This document shows positions 1-8,982 of a stretch of DNA of 37,778 nt, piece by piece. This stretch comes from Treponema sp. (GTDB lineage: Bacteria; Spirochaetota; Spirochaetia; Treponematales; Treponemataceae): contig JAEEKM010000106.1 in assembly GCA_016282455.1 (NCBI GenBank), forward strand, positions 1 through 37,778, in the 5' to 3' direction. Below the pieces are notes generated by a model. It saw only the letters and a list, made by a program, of their open reading frames with translations, did not search any database and was not told the origin of the DNA. Position 1 is the stretch's first letter. The number at the start of each line of letters is the position of its first letter. Made by a program: the position numbers and the translations under genes.

Positions 1-23
1 CGGAACGCCCTTAAGAAAAAATT

Positions 24-518
24 TTATTCAACAACTTTTTCTTTCCCCAGAATCAACCGCAGGTAAAGGGGCTGCAAAACAAATATGAGTACATAGCCGC
101 ACAAAAAAGTAAGGGCAAGGCTTTTTAAGTACATGGGTAAGAAGGGTATCTGTGCTCCGTGGCTTACGGCACTTTTCCAGCCCAGGAATACCATGAGCAG
201 GGTGATGAGGGGTGTGTAAAAAATGTCGGATATAAAACTTTCTACTGCTAAAGACGGCAGGCTTCTTTCCCTGAGGTTCAGTTTTGCACACAGGCCCAGT
301 GCACATTTTCTTACCGGGAGTAAAAAGCCAATGAGTAAACTCAATACCGTGCTTGCTGCAAAACTTACCAGCCATGCAATGAGTGTAAAGTGTCCGGAAG
401 TAAGGCTTCCTATGAGCGACAGTGCTAGGCTTAATGAAATGCCCATGAGCAGGTTCATTAAAATTCCTACGCGGTGCATCTTTTGTGCTTTTGCTTTTTC
501 TGCCTGATCCAATTCCAT
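24..518 (-). CDS. Hypothetical integral membrane protein (about 4 TM helices)
   Basis: 164-aa ORF with four hydrophobic stretches. AAAGGAG Shine-Dalgarno just upstream of the ATG. Confidence 0.75.
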   Translation of the reverse strand: MELDQAEKAKAQKMHRVGILMNLLMGISLSLALSLIGSLTSGHFTLIAWLVSFAASTVLSLLIGFLLPVRKCALGLCAKLNLRERSLPSLAVESFISDIFYTPLITLLMVFLGWKSAVSHGAQIPFLPMYLKSLALTFLCGYVLIFVLQPLYLRLILGKEKVVE

Positions 519-559
519 AAAATTCTCCTTTTATTAAAGTGTACACGACTTCAAATTAT

Positions 560-583
560 TTGTCATTAAATTTGTAATGACAA
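560..583. promoter_or_regulatory. Operator-like inverted repeat TTGTCATTA-N6-TAATGACAA between divergent genes
   Basis: Perfect 9-bp arms at 560-568 and 575-583. Overlaps a possible -35 (ATGACA 577-582) lying 17 bp from TAAAAT (600-605). Confidence 0.5.
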
Positions 584-615
584 TTATATTTTTATTTGTT
601 AAAATAATTTTAAAA

Positions 616-1449
616 ATGAATATCTACATGACTAGCGACCTGCATGCTGACTGCTGGTACAAGGCAAATAAATCTGAACAGGGGCCGGCTCCTTTTCATC
701 ATCTTTATAAATACGAGTCTCTTGAGGATTTTATTAACGCTTCTCTTAAACCTGCTGACATTCTCTGTGTGGCAGGAGATACCTGTGATGACCCCAATCT
801 TTTTGTAGATTTTTATAGGGCGGTTTCTCTGCGCTACAAAAAAGTTTTTCTTGTTTTTGGGAACCATGACCTTACCGTGCAGAATAAAACTTACTTTAAG
901 AATAATCCCTTTACTGACACTCAGGCTAAGCTGGATTTTCTTAAGGCAGAACTTTCTAAGCTGGGGAACGTTTCTCTGCTTGACGGAAGTGTGGAAGAAT
1001 ACTGCGGCATGAAGTTTGGCGGTACCATGGGCTTTAATGATTTTTCCTGGGCACGCAAACTTGAGCCAGAGGCAGATGAAGAAAAAATTATTGCTGACTG
1101 GAAAAAAAGTTTTGATGCCCGCCACTGGAATTATATGGGAAACATTCACACAGAAATTTTTTCTTCTCAAATGAAAAAACTTGACTATGTGGTTTCTCAA
1201 AAACCAGATGTCATCCTTACCCATTACCTGCCGCTTTTTTTTGGGGTTGAAAAGCAGTATGAAAAAGACTTCCGCACTACCACTTTTTATTTTGACGGCA
1301 ATAAATATCTGGAAGAATTAAAAGATGGCACTGTCTGGCTGGGCGGACATTTGCACTGTGTCCGTACAAAAGATTTAGTTACCGGTAGCGGTAAAACCCT
1401 CCACCTTAAACTAAACCCCCTTGGCTTCCCTGATGAAAACTGCAGGTAA
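616..1449 (+). CDS. Calcineurin-like metallophosphoesterase
   Basis: Motifs SDLH, AGD, GNHD, THY, GHLH. Start moved from 577 to ATG 616 (MNIYMTSDLH), the typical family N-terminus. Confidence 0.85.
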   Translation: MNIYMTSDLHADCWYKANKSEQGPAPFHHLYKYESLEDFINASLKPADILCVAGDTCDDPNLFVDFYRAVSLRYKKVFLVFGNHDLTVQNKTYFKNNPFTDTQAKLDFLKAELSKLGNVSLLDGSVEEYCGMKFGGTMGFNDFSWARKLEPEADEEKIIADWKKSFDARHWNYMGNIHTEIFSSQMKKLDYVVSQKPDVILTHYLPLFFGVEKQYEKDFRTTTFYFDGNKYLEELKDGTVWLGGHLHCVRTKDLVTGSGKTLHLKLNPLGFPDENCR

Positions 1450-2025
1450 AGAAAAGAGGCCGTGCCTGTTACAGAAGTAGTAAATCTTTTTTGTTCCGTT
1501 GATTTTAAAGCGCACTTCTGCATTCTGCTCCGGGTAGAGTTTTTTTATTTCCACTCCGTCTCCCCTTACTGCTGCAATAAAAGAGATGTAATGTTTTTTA
1601 GTCATCTCGTGGTTCACGGTTACAAAATATTCATCTTCCACTTTTTCTATTTTTACAGAATGGCTTTCATCTGCTTCTTCTGCTTCCAGCGGTGGGAGTG
1701 TAATTCCGCAGCAGCTTACAACTGCCTCTCCGCTTGACTGAATGAGGTTTCCGCAGATCGGGCAGACATAAAAGTTCACTCGAAGCATGTTTCCTGCACG
1801 GTTTGTGTTTATAACGTTCTCGCCAGAAAACAATTCAATCACAGAAACTCCCAGTGCCTTTGCAAGACCTTCTACCAGAGAAATGTCCGGAAGCCCACGT
1901 CCTCTTTCCCATTTTGAGATTGCCTTGTCAGTTACATTAATTTTTTCCGCCAGCTGAGCCTGGGTTAAATGCCTGCTTTCCCTTAAGCGCTTAATCATTG
2001 CGCCGGTTACATATTGGTTTGTCAT
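1411..2025 (-). CDS. XRE-family HTH regulator fused to desulfoferrodoxin/superoxide-reductase-like domains
   Basis: N-terminal LTQAQLAEKINVTDKAISKWERG (HTH_3). CPICGN...CCG desulforedoxin Cys set. SH, HEM..HYI and CNRHG SOR-type ligands. Confidence 0.85.
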   Translation of the reverse strand: MTNQYVTGAMIKRLRESRHLTQAQLAEKINVTDKAISKWERGRGLPDISLVEGLAKALGVSVIELFSGENVINTNRAGNMLRVNFYVCPICGNLIQSSGEAVVSCCGITLPPLEAEEADESHSVKIEKVEDEYFVTVNHEMTKKHYISFIAAVRGDGVEIKKLYPEQNAEVRFKINGTKKIYYFCNRHGLFSLPAVFIREAKGV

Positions 2026-2121
2026 AACTAAACAATACTGCAGCCTTATGGCAAAAGCAACCTACGCTTTGTAGAGTGGGAAGTTTTCCCAAAATGTGCT
2101 AAACTGTTGATGGAGAAAGCT

Positions 2122-2760
2122 ATGATCAGTCAGGAAGAGTTTTGGAGCGAAAACGATTTAATTGCAAAGGCCATTCACTTTGCAGCAGAAAAACACGGCA
2201 GCGTTATTAACAAGGACGGCAGTATAGGGCAGAAAAGAAAAGGTTCCCCCCTGCCATATATCGTTCATCCTCTGGAAGTGTGGCAGATACTCAGAAACGA
2301 AAACTGTTCCGTTAGTGTTCAAGCGGCAGGTCTTTTGCATGATACCCTTGAAGACACAGACACCAGCGCAGAAGAAATTGAACTAAACTTTGGAAAAGAA
2401 ATCCTTGCTCTCGTTCAGTTAGAATCCGAAGACAAAACTAAAAGCTGGAAAGAAAGAAAACAGCAGACCCTTGACCATCTTAATGAAATTAAAAACAGAA
2501 TATTGAATAATAAAAATCCAGATTCCAAAGACCTGGAAGTTTTTTACATAATCTGTGCAGATAAACTTTCCAACTGCAGGGCCCAGCTTTATGACTTCAG
2601 GCATATTGGCAGTGCACTTTTTGAAAAGTTTAACAAAGAATCAACTCCGGAACTTCAGGGCTGGTATTATAAGGGAATTGTAAAAGCCCTTTCACCACTT
2701 GATGGAATGAAAATGTATCAGGAATTTTCTCAAGTGGTAAAAGAGCTTTACGGAGAGTAA
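2122..2760 (+). CDS. HD-domain (p)ppGpp hydrolase-like protein (Mesh1/small alarmone hydrolase type)
   Basis: RKG..PYIVHP, LLHDTLEDT, ADKLSN motifs of RelA/SpoT HD domains, with no synthetase domain. GGAG lies 6 nt before ATG 2122 (alternative starts 2107/2110). Confidence 0.85.
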   Translation: MISQEEFWSENDLIAKAIHFAAEKHGSVINKDGSIGQKRKGSPLPYIVHPLEVWQILRNENCSVSVQAAGLLHDTLEDTDTSAEEIELNFGKEILALVQLESEDKTKSWKERKQQTLDHLNEIKNRILNNKNPDSKDLEVFYIICADKLSNCRAQLYDFRHIGSALFEKFNKESTPELQGWYYKGIVKALSPLDGMKMYQEFSQVVKELYGE

Positions 2761-2763
2761 ATT

Positions 2764-5178
2764 TTACTTCTTTAACAGAGCAGCAAAGGGATTGTAGTAC
2801 ATTCCGTCTTCGCTTCCGCCAAAGTTCTGTTTTGGACGGTCACTTCTAGGGCGATCGTTTTTAGAAACAGGTTTTACAGAAGCTGCACTTCCAGAAGAAG
2901 AGCCTTTCTTTACAACAACCACACGCTTTTTTACACCGCCGGATGAAGCAGCATTAGAAGAAGATGAAGTGCTGCCCATGCCCTCATGATGCATTCTGCT
3001 TGCCGCATCACTCTTAAGGCTAAGGCTGATTCTCTTTCTGTCCATGTCCAGATCGATGATTGTAAACTCTTTGATGTCACCAACTTTGATTACATCCATT
3101 GGGTCGCTAACAAAGGAGTCGCTCAGCTCACTGATGTGGATAAGGCCTGTCTCATGCAAACCGATGTCTACAAAAGCACCGAAGTCTACCACGTTGCGGA
3201 TTTTACCGGTCACTTTCATTCCCACGGTAAGGTCTTCAAACTTTACCACACCCTTCTGCATGATTGGTGCAGGGTATCCGTCACGGGGGTCACGGTTTGG
3301 TTTTGCAAGTTCTTCTACAATGTCGTTGATTGTTGTTTCACCAACGCCATATTTTTCTTCCAGTTTCTTTCTTAAGTCTGCAGAAACTTTTTCCTTGTTC
3401 TGAACAAGAGGAAGTACTTCGCTTGCCACACCATAGTTTTCAGGATGCACCCAGGTGTTGTCCAGTGGGTTTGAACTTTCAGGAATCTTCAAAAATCCTG
3501 CGCACTGTTCATAAGCCTTTGGTCCAAGACCAGACACTTTTTTAAGGTCTTCACGGCTGGTGATTTTTCCATTTGCATCACGGTATGCAACAATTTTCTT
3601 TGCAAGACTTGAATTAATTCCGGAAACATATTTTAAGAGTGAGGCAGATGCTGTGTTAAGGTTAACGCCTACCTGGTTTACAACGCTTCCAACAACTTCA
3701 TCCAGTGTGTCAGAAAGTTTCTTCTGGTTAACGTCATGCTGGTAAAGTCCAACACCAATTGCCTTGGGGTCAATCTTTACAAGTTCTGCAAGAGGATCCT
3801 GCAGGCGGCGTCCCATGCTTATTGCACCACGGATTGTAAGGTCAAGGTCAGGGAACTCTTCGCGGGCAATGTCACTTGCACTGTAAACGGAAGCACCGCT
3901 TTCATCCACAACAGTGTAGCGCACGTCGGGGAAGTTGTCGCTGATTACTTTGCTTACAATAGCCTGTACTTCCTGGCTACCAGTTCCGTTACCAACAGCA
4001 ACCACCTGAATGTTGTACTGCTTGATTGCAAACTTAATCTTGTTGTAACTTTCATCCGGTTCAGCAACCTGTTTAATAAGGAAGTAACCAAGATATTTTC
4101 CTGTTTCATCAAGGGCAGCACATTTTGTTCCAGTACGAATACCTGGGTCCACACCAAGAACACGGCTTCCCTTAATTGGCTGTGTCATAAGAAGATTTTT
4201 TAAGTTCTCGCTGAACACTCCGATTCCGTGAGCATCTGCTTCGTCAAACTCATCACTGCGAATTTCGCGGAGAACAGCAGGTGAAAGAAGGCGGACAACA
4301 CCGTCTTCAATTGCTTCTGAATGATACTTGTTTCCAATCTTCTGTTTTTTCTGAAGTTCCTTAACGGCATCTTCTACGCTCACGTCAAGGGTTACTTCCA
4401 GGGCACCTTCACGTTCTGCACGGTTGATTGCAAGAATGCGGTGGGGTTTAATCTGGTTAAGGGGCTCTGAGTAGTCCCAGTACATTTTGTATGTAGAAGT
4501 TTTTTCTGCAGTTGCTGCATCCTGTCCTTCGGGAACAATACCTTTTGTGGCCATGGTTCCTGTAGCAAGATAAAGATCTTTTACTGCACTTCTGTTTGCA
4601 CTGTCCTGAGAAACACGTTCTGCAAGAATATCCTGTGCACCCTTGATTGCATCTTCGGCAGTGGGAACTTTAAGGGCTTCATCTTCCACATCTGTTTTTA
4701 CAAACTCTGCTGCCTTTGCTTCCACAGCCTTATCATCATTTGAAGAATCAGCAATAAAATCAGCAAGGGGCTCAAGTCCTTTTTCCTGAGCAATCATGCC
4801 TCTTGTCTTCTTCTTTTTCTTGAATGGTGCCCACAAGTCTTCCAGCTCAGTAAGGGTTTTTGCACCCATAGCGGCCTTGTAGAGAGTTTCGGTCAGTTTA
4901 CCCTGAGCAAAAATTCCCTTTACAATCTCAAGACGGCGTTCTTCAAGATTCTTGTAACTGGTAAAAAGATGGTCACAATCGCGAACCTGAACTTCATCCA
5001 GAGAACCGTGCTTTTCCTTACGATAACGGGAGATAAACGGAATGGTACATCCTTCCGCAACCAGACTGATAACTGCACTTACCTGAGCAATCCTGATGTT
5101 AAGCTCTTCGGCAATGCGCTGCATGATTTCCACTTCATTAACTGAAAGTGCGTCAATTTGTTCTTGTGTGAATTCCAT
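2764..5178 (-). CDS. tex: Tex family transcription accessory protein (YqgF, HhH, S1 domains)
   Basis: TIPFISRYRKE, GVDPGIRTG, DESGASVYSAS, IGVGLYQHDV, and a C-terminal S1 domain. The ORF-track start 5190 overlaps a TGcTACAAT -10, so ATG 5178 is preferred. Confidence 0.95.
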   Translation of the reverse strand: MEFTQEQIDALSVNEVEIMQRIAEELNIRIAQVSAVISLVAEGCTIPFISRYRKEKHGSLDEVQVRDCDHLFTSYKNLEERRLEIVKGIFAQGKLTETLYKAAMGAKTLTELEDLWAPFKKKKKTRGMIAQEKGLEPLADFIADSSNDDKAVEAKAAEFVKTDVEDEALKVPTAEDAIKGAQDILAERVSQDSANRSAVKDLYLATGTMATKGIVPEGQDAATAEKTSTYKMYWDYSEPLNQIKPHRILAINRAEREGALEVTLDVSVEDAVKELQKKQKIGNKYHSEAIEDGVVRLLSPAVLREIRSDEFDEADAHGIGVFSENLKNLLMTQPIKGSRVLGVDPGIRTGTKCAALDETGKYLGYFLIKQVAEPDESYNKIKFAIKQYNIQVVAVGNGTGSQEVQAIVSKVISDNFPDVRYTVVDESGASVYSASDIAREEFPDLDLTIRGAISMGRRLQDPLAELVKIDPKAIGVGLYQHDVNQKKLSDTLDEVVGSVVNQVGVNLNTASASLLKYVSGINSSLAKKIVAYRDANGKITSREDLKKVSGLGPKAYEQCAGFLKIPESSNPLDNTWVHPENYGVASEVLPLVQNKEKVSADLRKKLEEKYGVGETTINDIVEELAKPNRDPRDGYPAPIMQKGVVKFEDLTVGMKVTGKIRNVVDFGAFVDIGLHETGLIHISELSDSFVSDPMDVIKVGDIKEFTIIDLDMDRKRISLSLKSDAASRMHHEGMGSTSSSSNAASSGGVKKRVVVVKKGSSSGSAASVKPVSKNDRPRSDRPKQNFGGSEDGMYYNPFAALLKK

Positions 5179-5279
5179 AAGTTCGGGCATTGTAGCAGAT
5201 TTTTCACTGATGATAAAGCACTTTAAGGGCTTGACTTTTTATAATTTCTTTTCCCCAAAAACCATGTTATAATACTTTA

Positions 5280-7979
5280 ATGCAGGATTCCACAAACACT
5301 CAGCTGCTTTTAGATTTATTTGAAGAAAAAGGCTTTATTCCCAATCAAATGCAGCTCGCCGCAATCATAAACACCAGCGGACCCCTTTTACTTACTGCAG
5401 GTCCCGGTTCAGGCAAAACAAGAGTTCTTTTGTGGCGCACCGTAAATCTCATTGTCTGCCAGAATGTTTTACCCCAGGAAATATTTCTCTGCACTTTTAC
5501 AGAAAAAGCTTCAAGACAGTTAAAGGAAGGTCTGGAAGAACTGCTTTCCCTTGCCAGCCGTCACACAGGTAAGCGTTATGACATTTCCGGCATGTATGTG
5601 GGAACCCTCCATTCCCTCTGCCGCCGCATGCTTTCAGAAGGCATTTTAGTTTCACAGACAAACTCTTCCAATCACGTAAGCCTCATGGACGATTTTGACC
5701 AGTACCTTTTTGTTTCCCAATTTAATAACTGGAATGCTCTTTTAAAAACAGCCGAGGTTCCAGTTGCAAATGATGAAAATGCAAGTACTGAAAATGAAAC
5801 AGAAGAAGAGGACATTACAGAAGCCCAGCTGAACTTTTATGAAAAAATAAACCAAAGCTTTTTTGACACCGGCCGTTCAAAAATGAAAGCGGTAAACCAC
5901 TTCATTGAATTTGCAAACCGCATGGCAGAAGAAGATTTTCTTGACGAACAGCTTTTATCCTTTTGCAAAAAGACAGATGTTTTTTCCGAAACAGACACTG
6001 CACTTTTTAAAATGACTGTTGAGTATCATAAACTGCTCAAACAGGGCGATGGAGAAAAAGTTGATTTTTCAACCCTTCAGCAAAAAACAATGCGGGTTCT
6101 TGAAGAAAGCAGTAATTCTTCTTCCATCTTTAAGCACGTAATTGTTGATGAATACCAGGACACAAACAATATCCAGCAGAAAATTTATTTTGCCCTTGCC
6201 AAACATTCTTCAAACATCTGCATTGTGGGTGATGATGACCAGGCCCTTTACAGATTCCGCGGTGCAACTGTAGAAAATCTTGTTTCCTTTGTATCCTCCT
6301 GTTTCAAGTTTTTTAATCTTCTTCCCGCAAGAATTGATTTAAACATTAACTACCGCTCCAGGGCAGACATTGTTAAAACCTACACTACTTTTATTACTCA
6401 GTGTGACTGGGCAGACCCGTATTCCGACAATTATTACCGCATCATGGACAAAAACATTACCGCTTTCAGTACAGACGAAAGGCCTGCCGTGGCTCTTGTG
6501 AGCGGAGAAAAAGAATATGTTGCAGAAGAAGCAGTCACTTTTGTAAAAAACCTTTATGAAAATCAAATCATAAGTGACTACAACCAGTGTGCAATTCTTT
6601 TTCCAAGCCTGCGCGGCTACAAAGGAGAACTTAGTGCCCCGGTTAAAGCCTTTACACAAGCCTTTGAAGAAGAAGGCATTCCCGTTTATTCTCCCAGAAC
6701 AAAAAACTTTCTTTTTACAGATGAATGTCTTGCAACCTTCGGAATCTTTTCCCTTATTTTTGACTGCAGGCCTGATGTAGAACATACTTTTGGTAACCAG
6801 CAGAGATTTCACAAATGGTTAAAGGAAGCCCAGTGGGCTTGTTCAGAAGTGATGGAAGATGATAAAGAGATTGCACTCTTCATAAAAGAAAAACAGAAAG
6901 TCGTTCAGCAGGTGACGGAAGATTATGTCGCTCTTGATCTTTTTTGCCAGGAGAATAATCTTTCTCAGGAAGCCCCCCTTACTCAGGAAAATCTTGAGCT
7001 TTTAAAACAGATAAAAAATCTGCATGACCAGACTCAGAGTAAACTGAAGGATGCAACTTTACAGACTTTTGCAAAATCTTCTTATCAGAGAGACAAGGAA
7101 GTTACGCTTTCCTATGCTATTGCAAAACTAACGTCTCTTCCCTGGACCCTTCTTGACCTTTTTTACCAGCTGAATAAATTCGTCTGGTTCCGGGATGATT
7201 TTGCCATGGCAGAAGATGGTGAGGACCAGGGGCTTTACAACATGGCCCAGATTACCCAGTTCATTTCCCGTTACATGGAAAATCATTCACAGTTTTTAGG
7301 CGGCCGTCATTTTGCAGAAGACAGATTTAACATAAGTTTTTTCTTCTCATACCTCTATGCACTTTTTGTAAGAAGCGAAGGCGAACATGAAGATGAAGAA
7401 AATCCTTTTCCCAAAGGTGCTGTTCCCTTCCTTACAGTACACCAGTCAAAAGGACTTGAGTTTCCTGTGGTAATTCTTGGTTCACTTTCTCACAGAAAAA
7501 AGCCCCCTCGCCTGCTGGACATTTTAGTAAGACAGATTGCCGAAGTAGAATCAAAGGGCCAAAACTTTCAGGAACCCATAGAACGCCTAGACGATTTTGA
7601 CACTATGCGCATGTTTTACGTTGCCTTAAGCCGGCCAAAAAATTTTCTTCTTCTCTGTCAGTTTACAGGAAAAGGTCACTTCACCTACCCTGCCTTTTAT
7701 TCACTTTTTACCCAAAAGAACATTCCCTATCTGGACGAGTTATACCCAATTACAATTCCTGTGTCCGAAGAAAAAAAAGAAGTGTCTGAAAAAAACTACT
7801 CATACTCTGCAGATTACCTTCCCTATCTGCGCTGCCCCAGAAACTACATGGCTTTTGCAAAATACGGTTTTGTTCCCTCAAGAACACAGACGGCTTTTTT
7901 TGCAAGTCTCATCCAGCAGACAATCAGTGATTTTCAAAACTATCTGGACGGCAACCCTGACGGAGGCAGTAAAAAATGA
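5280..7979 (+). CDS. UvrD/PcrA-family SF1 helicase ending in the N-terminal piece of a PD-(D/E)XK nuclease domain
   Basis: AGPGSGKT, TFTEKA, VDEYQD, VGDDDQALYRFRGA, NYRS, TVHQSKGLEF, MFYVALSR. C-terminal YSYSADYLPYLRCPRNY. Confidence 0.9.
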   Translation: MQDSTNTQLLLDLFEEKGFIPNQMQLAAIINTSGPLLLTAGPGSGKTRVLLWRTVNLIVCQNVLPQEIFLCTFTEKASRQLKEGLEELLSLASRHTGKRYDISGMYVGTLHSLCRRMLSEGILVSQTNSSNHVSLMDDFDQYLFVSQFNNWNALLKTAEVPVANDENASTENETEEEDITEAQLNFYEKINQSFFDTGRSKMKAVNHFIEFANRMAEEDFLDEQLLSFCKKTDVFSETDTALFKMTVEYHKLLKQGDGEKVDFSTLQQKTMRVLEESSNSSSIFKHVIVDEYQDTNNIQQKIYFALAKHSSNICIVGDDDQALYRFRGATVENLVSFVSSCFKFFNLLPARIDLNINYRSRADIVKTYTTFITQCDWADPYSDNYYRIMDKNITAFSTDERPAVALVSGEKEYVAEEAVTFVKNLYENQIISDYNQCAILFPSLRGYKGELSAPVKAFTQAFEEEGIPVYSPRTKNFLFTDECLATFGIFSLIFDCRPDVEHTFGNQQRFHKWLKEAQWACSEVMEDDKEIALFIKEKQKVVQQVTEDYVALDLFCQENNLSQEAPLTQENLELLKQIKNLHDQTQSKLKDATLQTFAKSSYQRDKEVTLSYAIAKLTSLPWTLLDLFYQLNKFVWFRDDFAMAEDGEDQGLYNMAQITQFISRYMENHSQFLGGRHFAEDRFNISFFFSYLYALFVRSEGEHEDEENPFPKGAVPFLTVHQSKGLEFPVVILGSLSHRKKPPRLLDILVRQIAEVESKGQNFQEPIERLDDFDTMRMFYVALSRPKNFLLLCQFTGKGHFTYPAFYSLFTQKNIPYLDELYPITIPVSEEKKEVSEKNYSYSADYLPYLRCPRNYMAFAKYGFVPSRTQTAFFASLIQQTISDFQNYLDGNPDGGSKK

Positions 7980-8752
7980 ATATAAGCAATTTAAGTGATG
8001 AAGAAATGGAAGAAAAACTCCGCGAATTTTTTGAGGCAAACTTTTCCTACCTAAAAGAAAATTCCGGGCATACTATTAACCTTAGTCTGAAAGAAAAAGC
8101 ATTTGAACAGGTTCTCTGCTACTGGAAAAAAGAAAAATTTCTTGCAGGCAGTAAAAGGCATTTTCAGGAAAAAGTTTCCCTTCACGGACTTCACTCCCCC
8201 AACAAACAGATTCCTTTTTCCATGGAAGATAAAGTAGATGTTATTGAAAACCAGGAGGGACTGTCTCTTTTTCATTTAACTAGTAAAAGTCGCGAAAACA
8301 TTCTGGCAGACAAAGAAAAATACTCCCGTCAGTTAGCCTTCTGTACCCAGATTTGGGATAAAACTTACCCCCAGAAGCCTGTCAGCAAAACCGGCATGCT
8401 TTCTACATCTGTACCCAAAGAAGTACATGAGGCACTTCGTTCCGGTGATGAAAAGGCTGCAAAAGAAGCAATAGAAAACTGGGAGCCGCTTATAGACATT
8501 CCCTTTAGTGAAGAGGATGCAAAGGCTCTTATTTCAGACTTTGGTCAGGTTGTTGAAAAAACTGACGCTGATGAATTTGCCCCGCCTGCGCCAGAAGTTT
8601 TAGAATCCATTGTAAAGGGTACAAATAAAACCTTTGCCAGACAGATTTGCCTTGAGTGTGACCTCCGCCATTCCTGCCCCTCATTTGACGCCTACCAGGG
8701 AATAAACGACCCACTCCCCCAGGAAGACTCCGCCCCCTTACTGCTAGACTAA
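7976..8752 (+). CDS. PD-(D/E)XK/AddB-Cas4-like nuclease-fold protein, probably catalytically degenerate
   Basis: ATGA-coupled to the helicase with a GGAGG SD. VD motif, QLAF (QxxxY-like), C-terminal CLECDLRHSC. Confidence 0.65.
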   Translation: MNISNLSDEEMEEKLREFFEANFSYLKENSGHTINLSLKEKAFEQVLCYWKKEKFLAGSKRHFQEKVSLHGLHSPNKQIPFSMEDKVDVIENQEGLSLFHLTSKSRENILADKEKYSRQLAFCTQIWDKTYPQKPVSKTGMLSTSVPKEVHEALRSGDEKAAKEAIENWEPLIDIPFSEEDAKALISDFGQVVEKTDADEFAPPAPEVLESIVKGTNKTFARQICLECDLRHSCPSFDAYQGINDPLPQEDSAPLLLD

Positions 8753-8961
8753 CAGTCGGTAGTCAAATCACATTCCCAGTGTTTGAACATAACTTTTCGT
8801 TGGTTGAAGTTAAAACATCCCGGTGGTTTAGATAAAAACATCTCGGTGGTTGAGGCTCTCGAAACCACCAGTAAACATCCCGCAGGTTAAGCCCCTCATG
8901 CGAATCTGCGAAACGCTACCCAACAACAAACTCCCCGGTGGTTGAGGCTCTCGAAACCACC
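8752..8961. repeat. Cluster of REP-like palindromes plus degenerate short direct repeats
   Basis: Identical GGTGGTTGAGGCTCTCGAAACCACC at 8845-8869 and 8937-8961. Decayed AAACATCCCGGTGGTTGAG-like units near 8752, 8770, 8790, 8813, 8836, 8873, 8928. Confidence 0.8.
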
Positions 8962-8982
8962 ATTACCACTAACAACAAAAAA

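Noticed and set aside
28-546. Alternative-frame 172-aa ORF and the other shadow ORFs within long genes
   Set aside because: They overlap better-supported genes and have no recognisable motifs.
7962-7979. Programmed -1 frameshift fusing helicase and nuclease
   Set aside because: T_AAA_AAA is not a full slippery heptamer, and GGAGG plus the ATGA overlap are explained by translational coupling. Not fully excluded.
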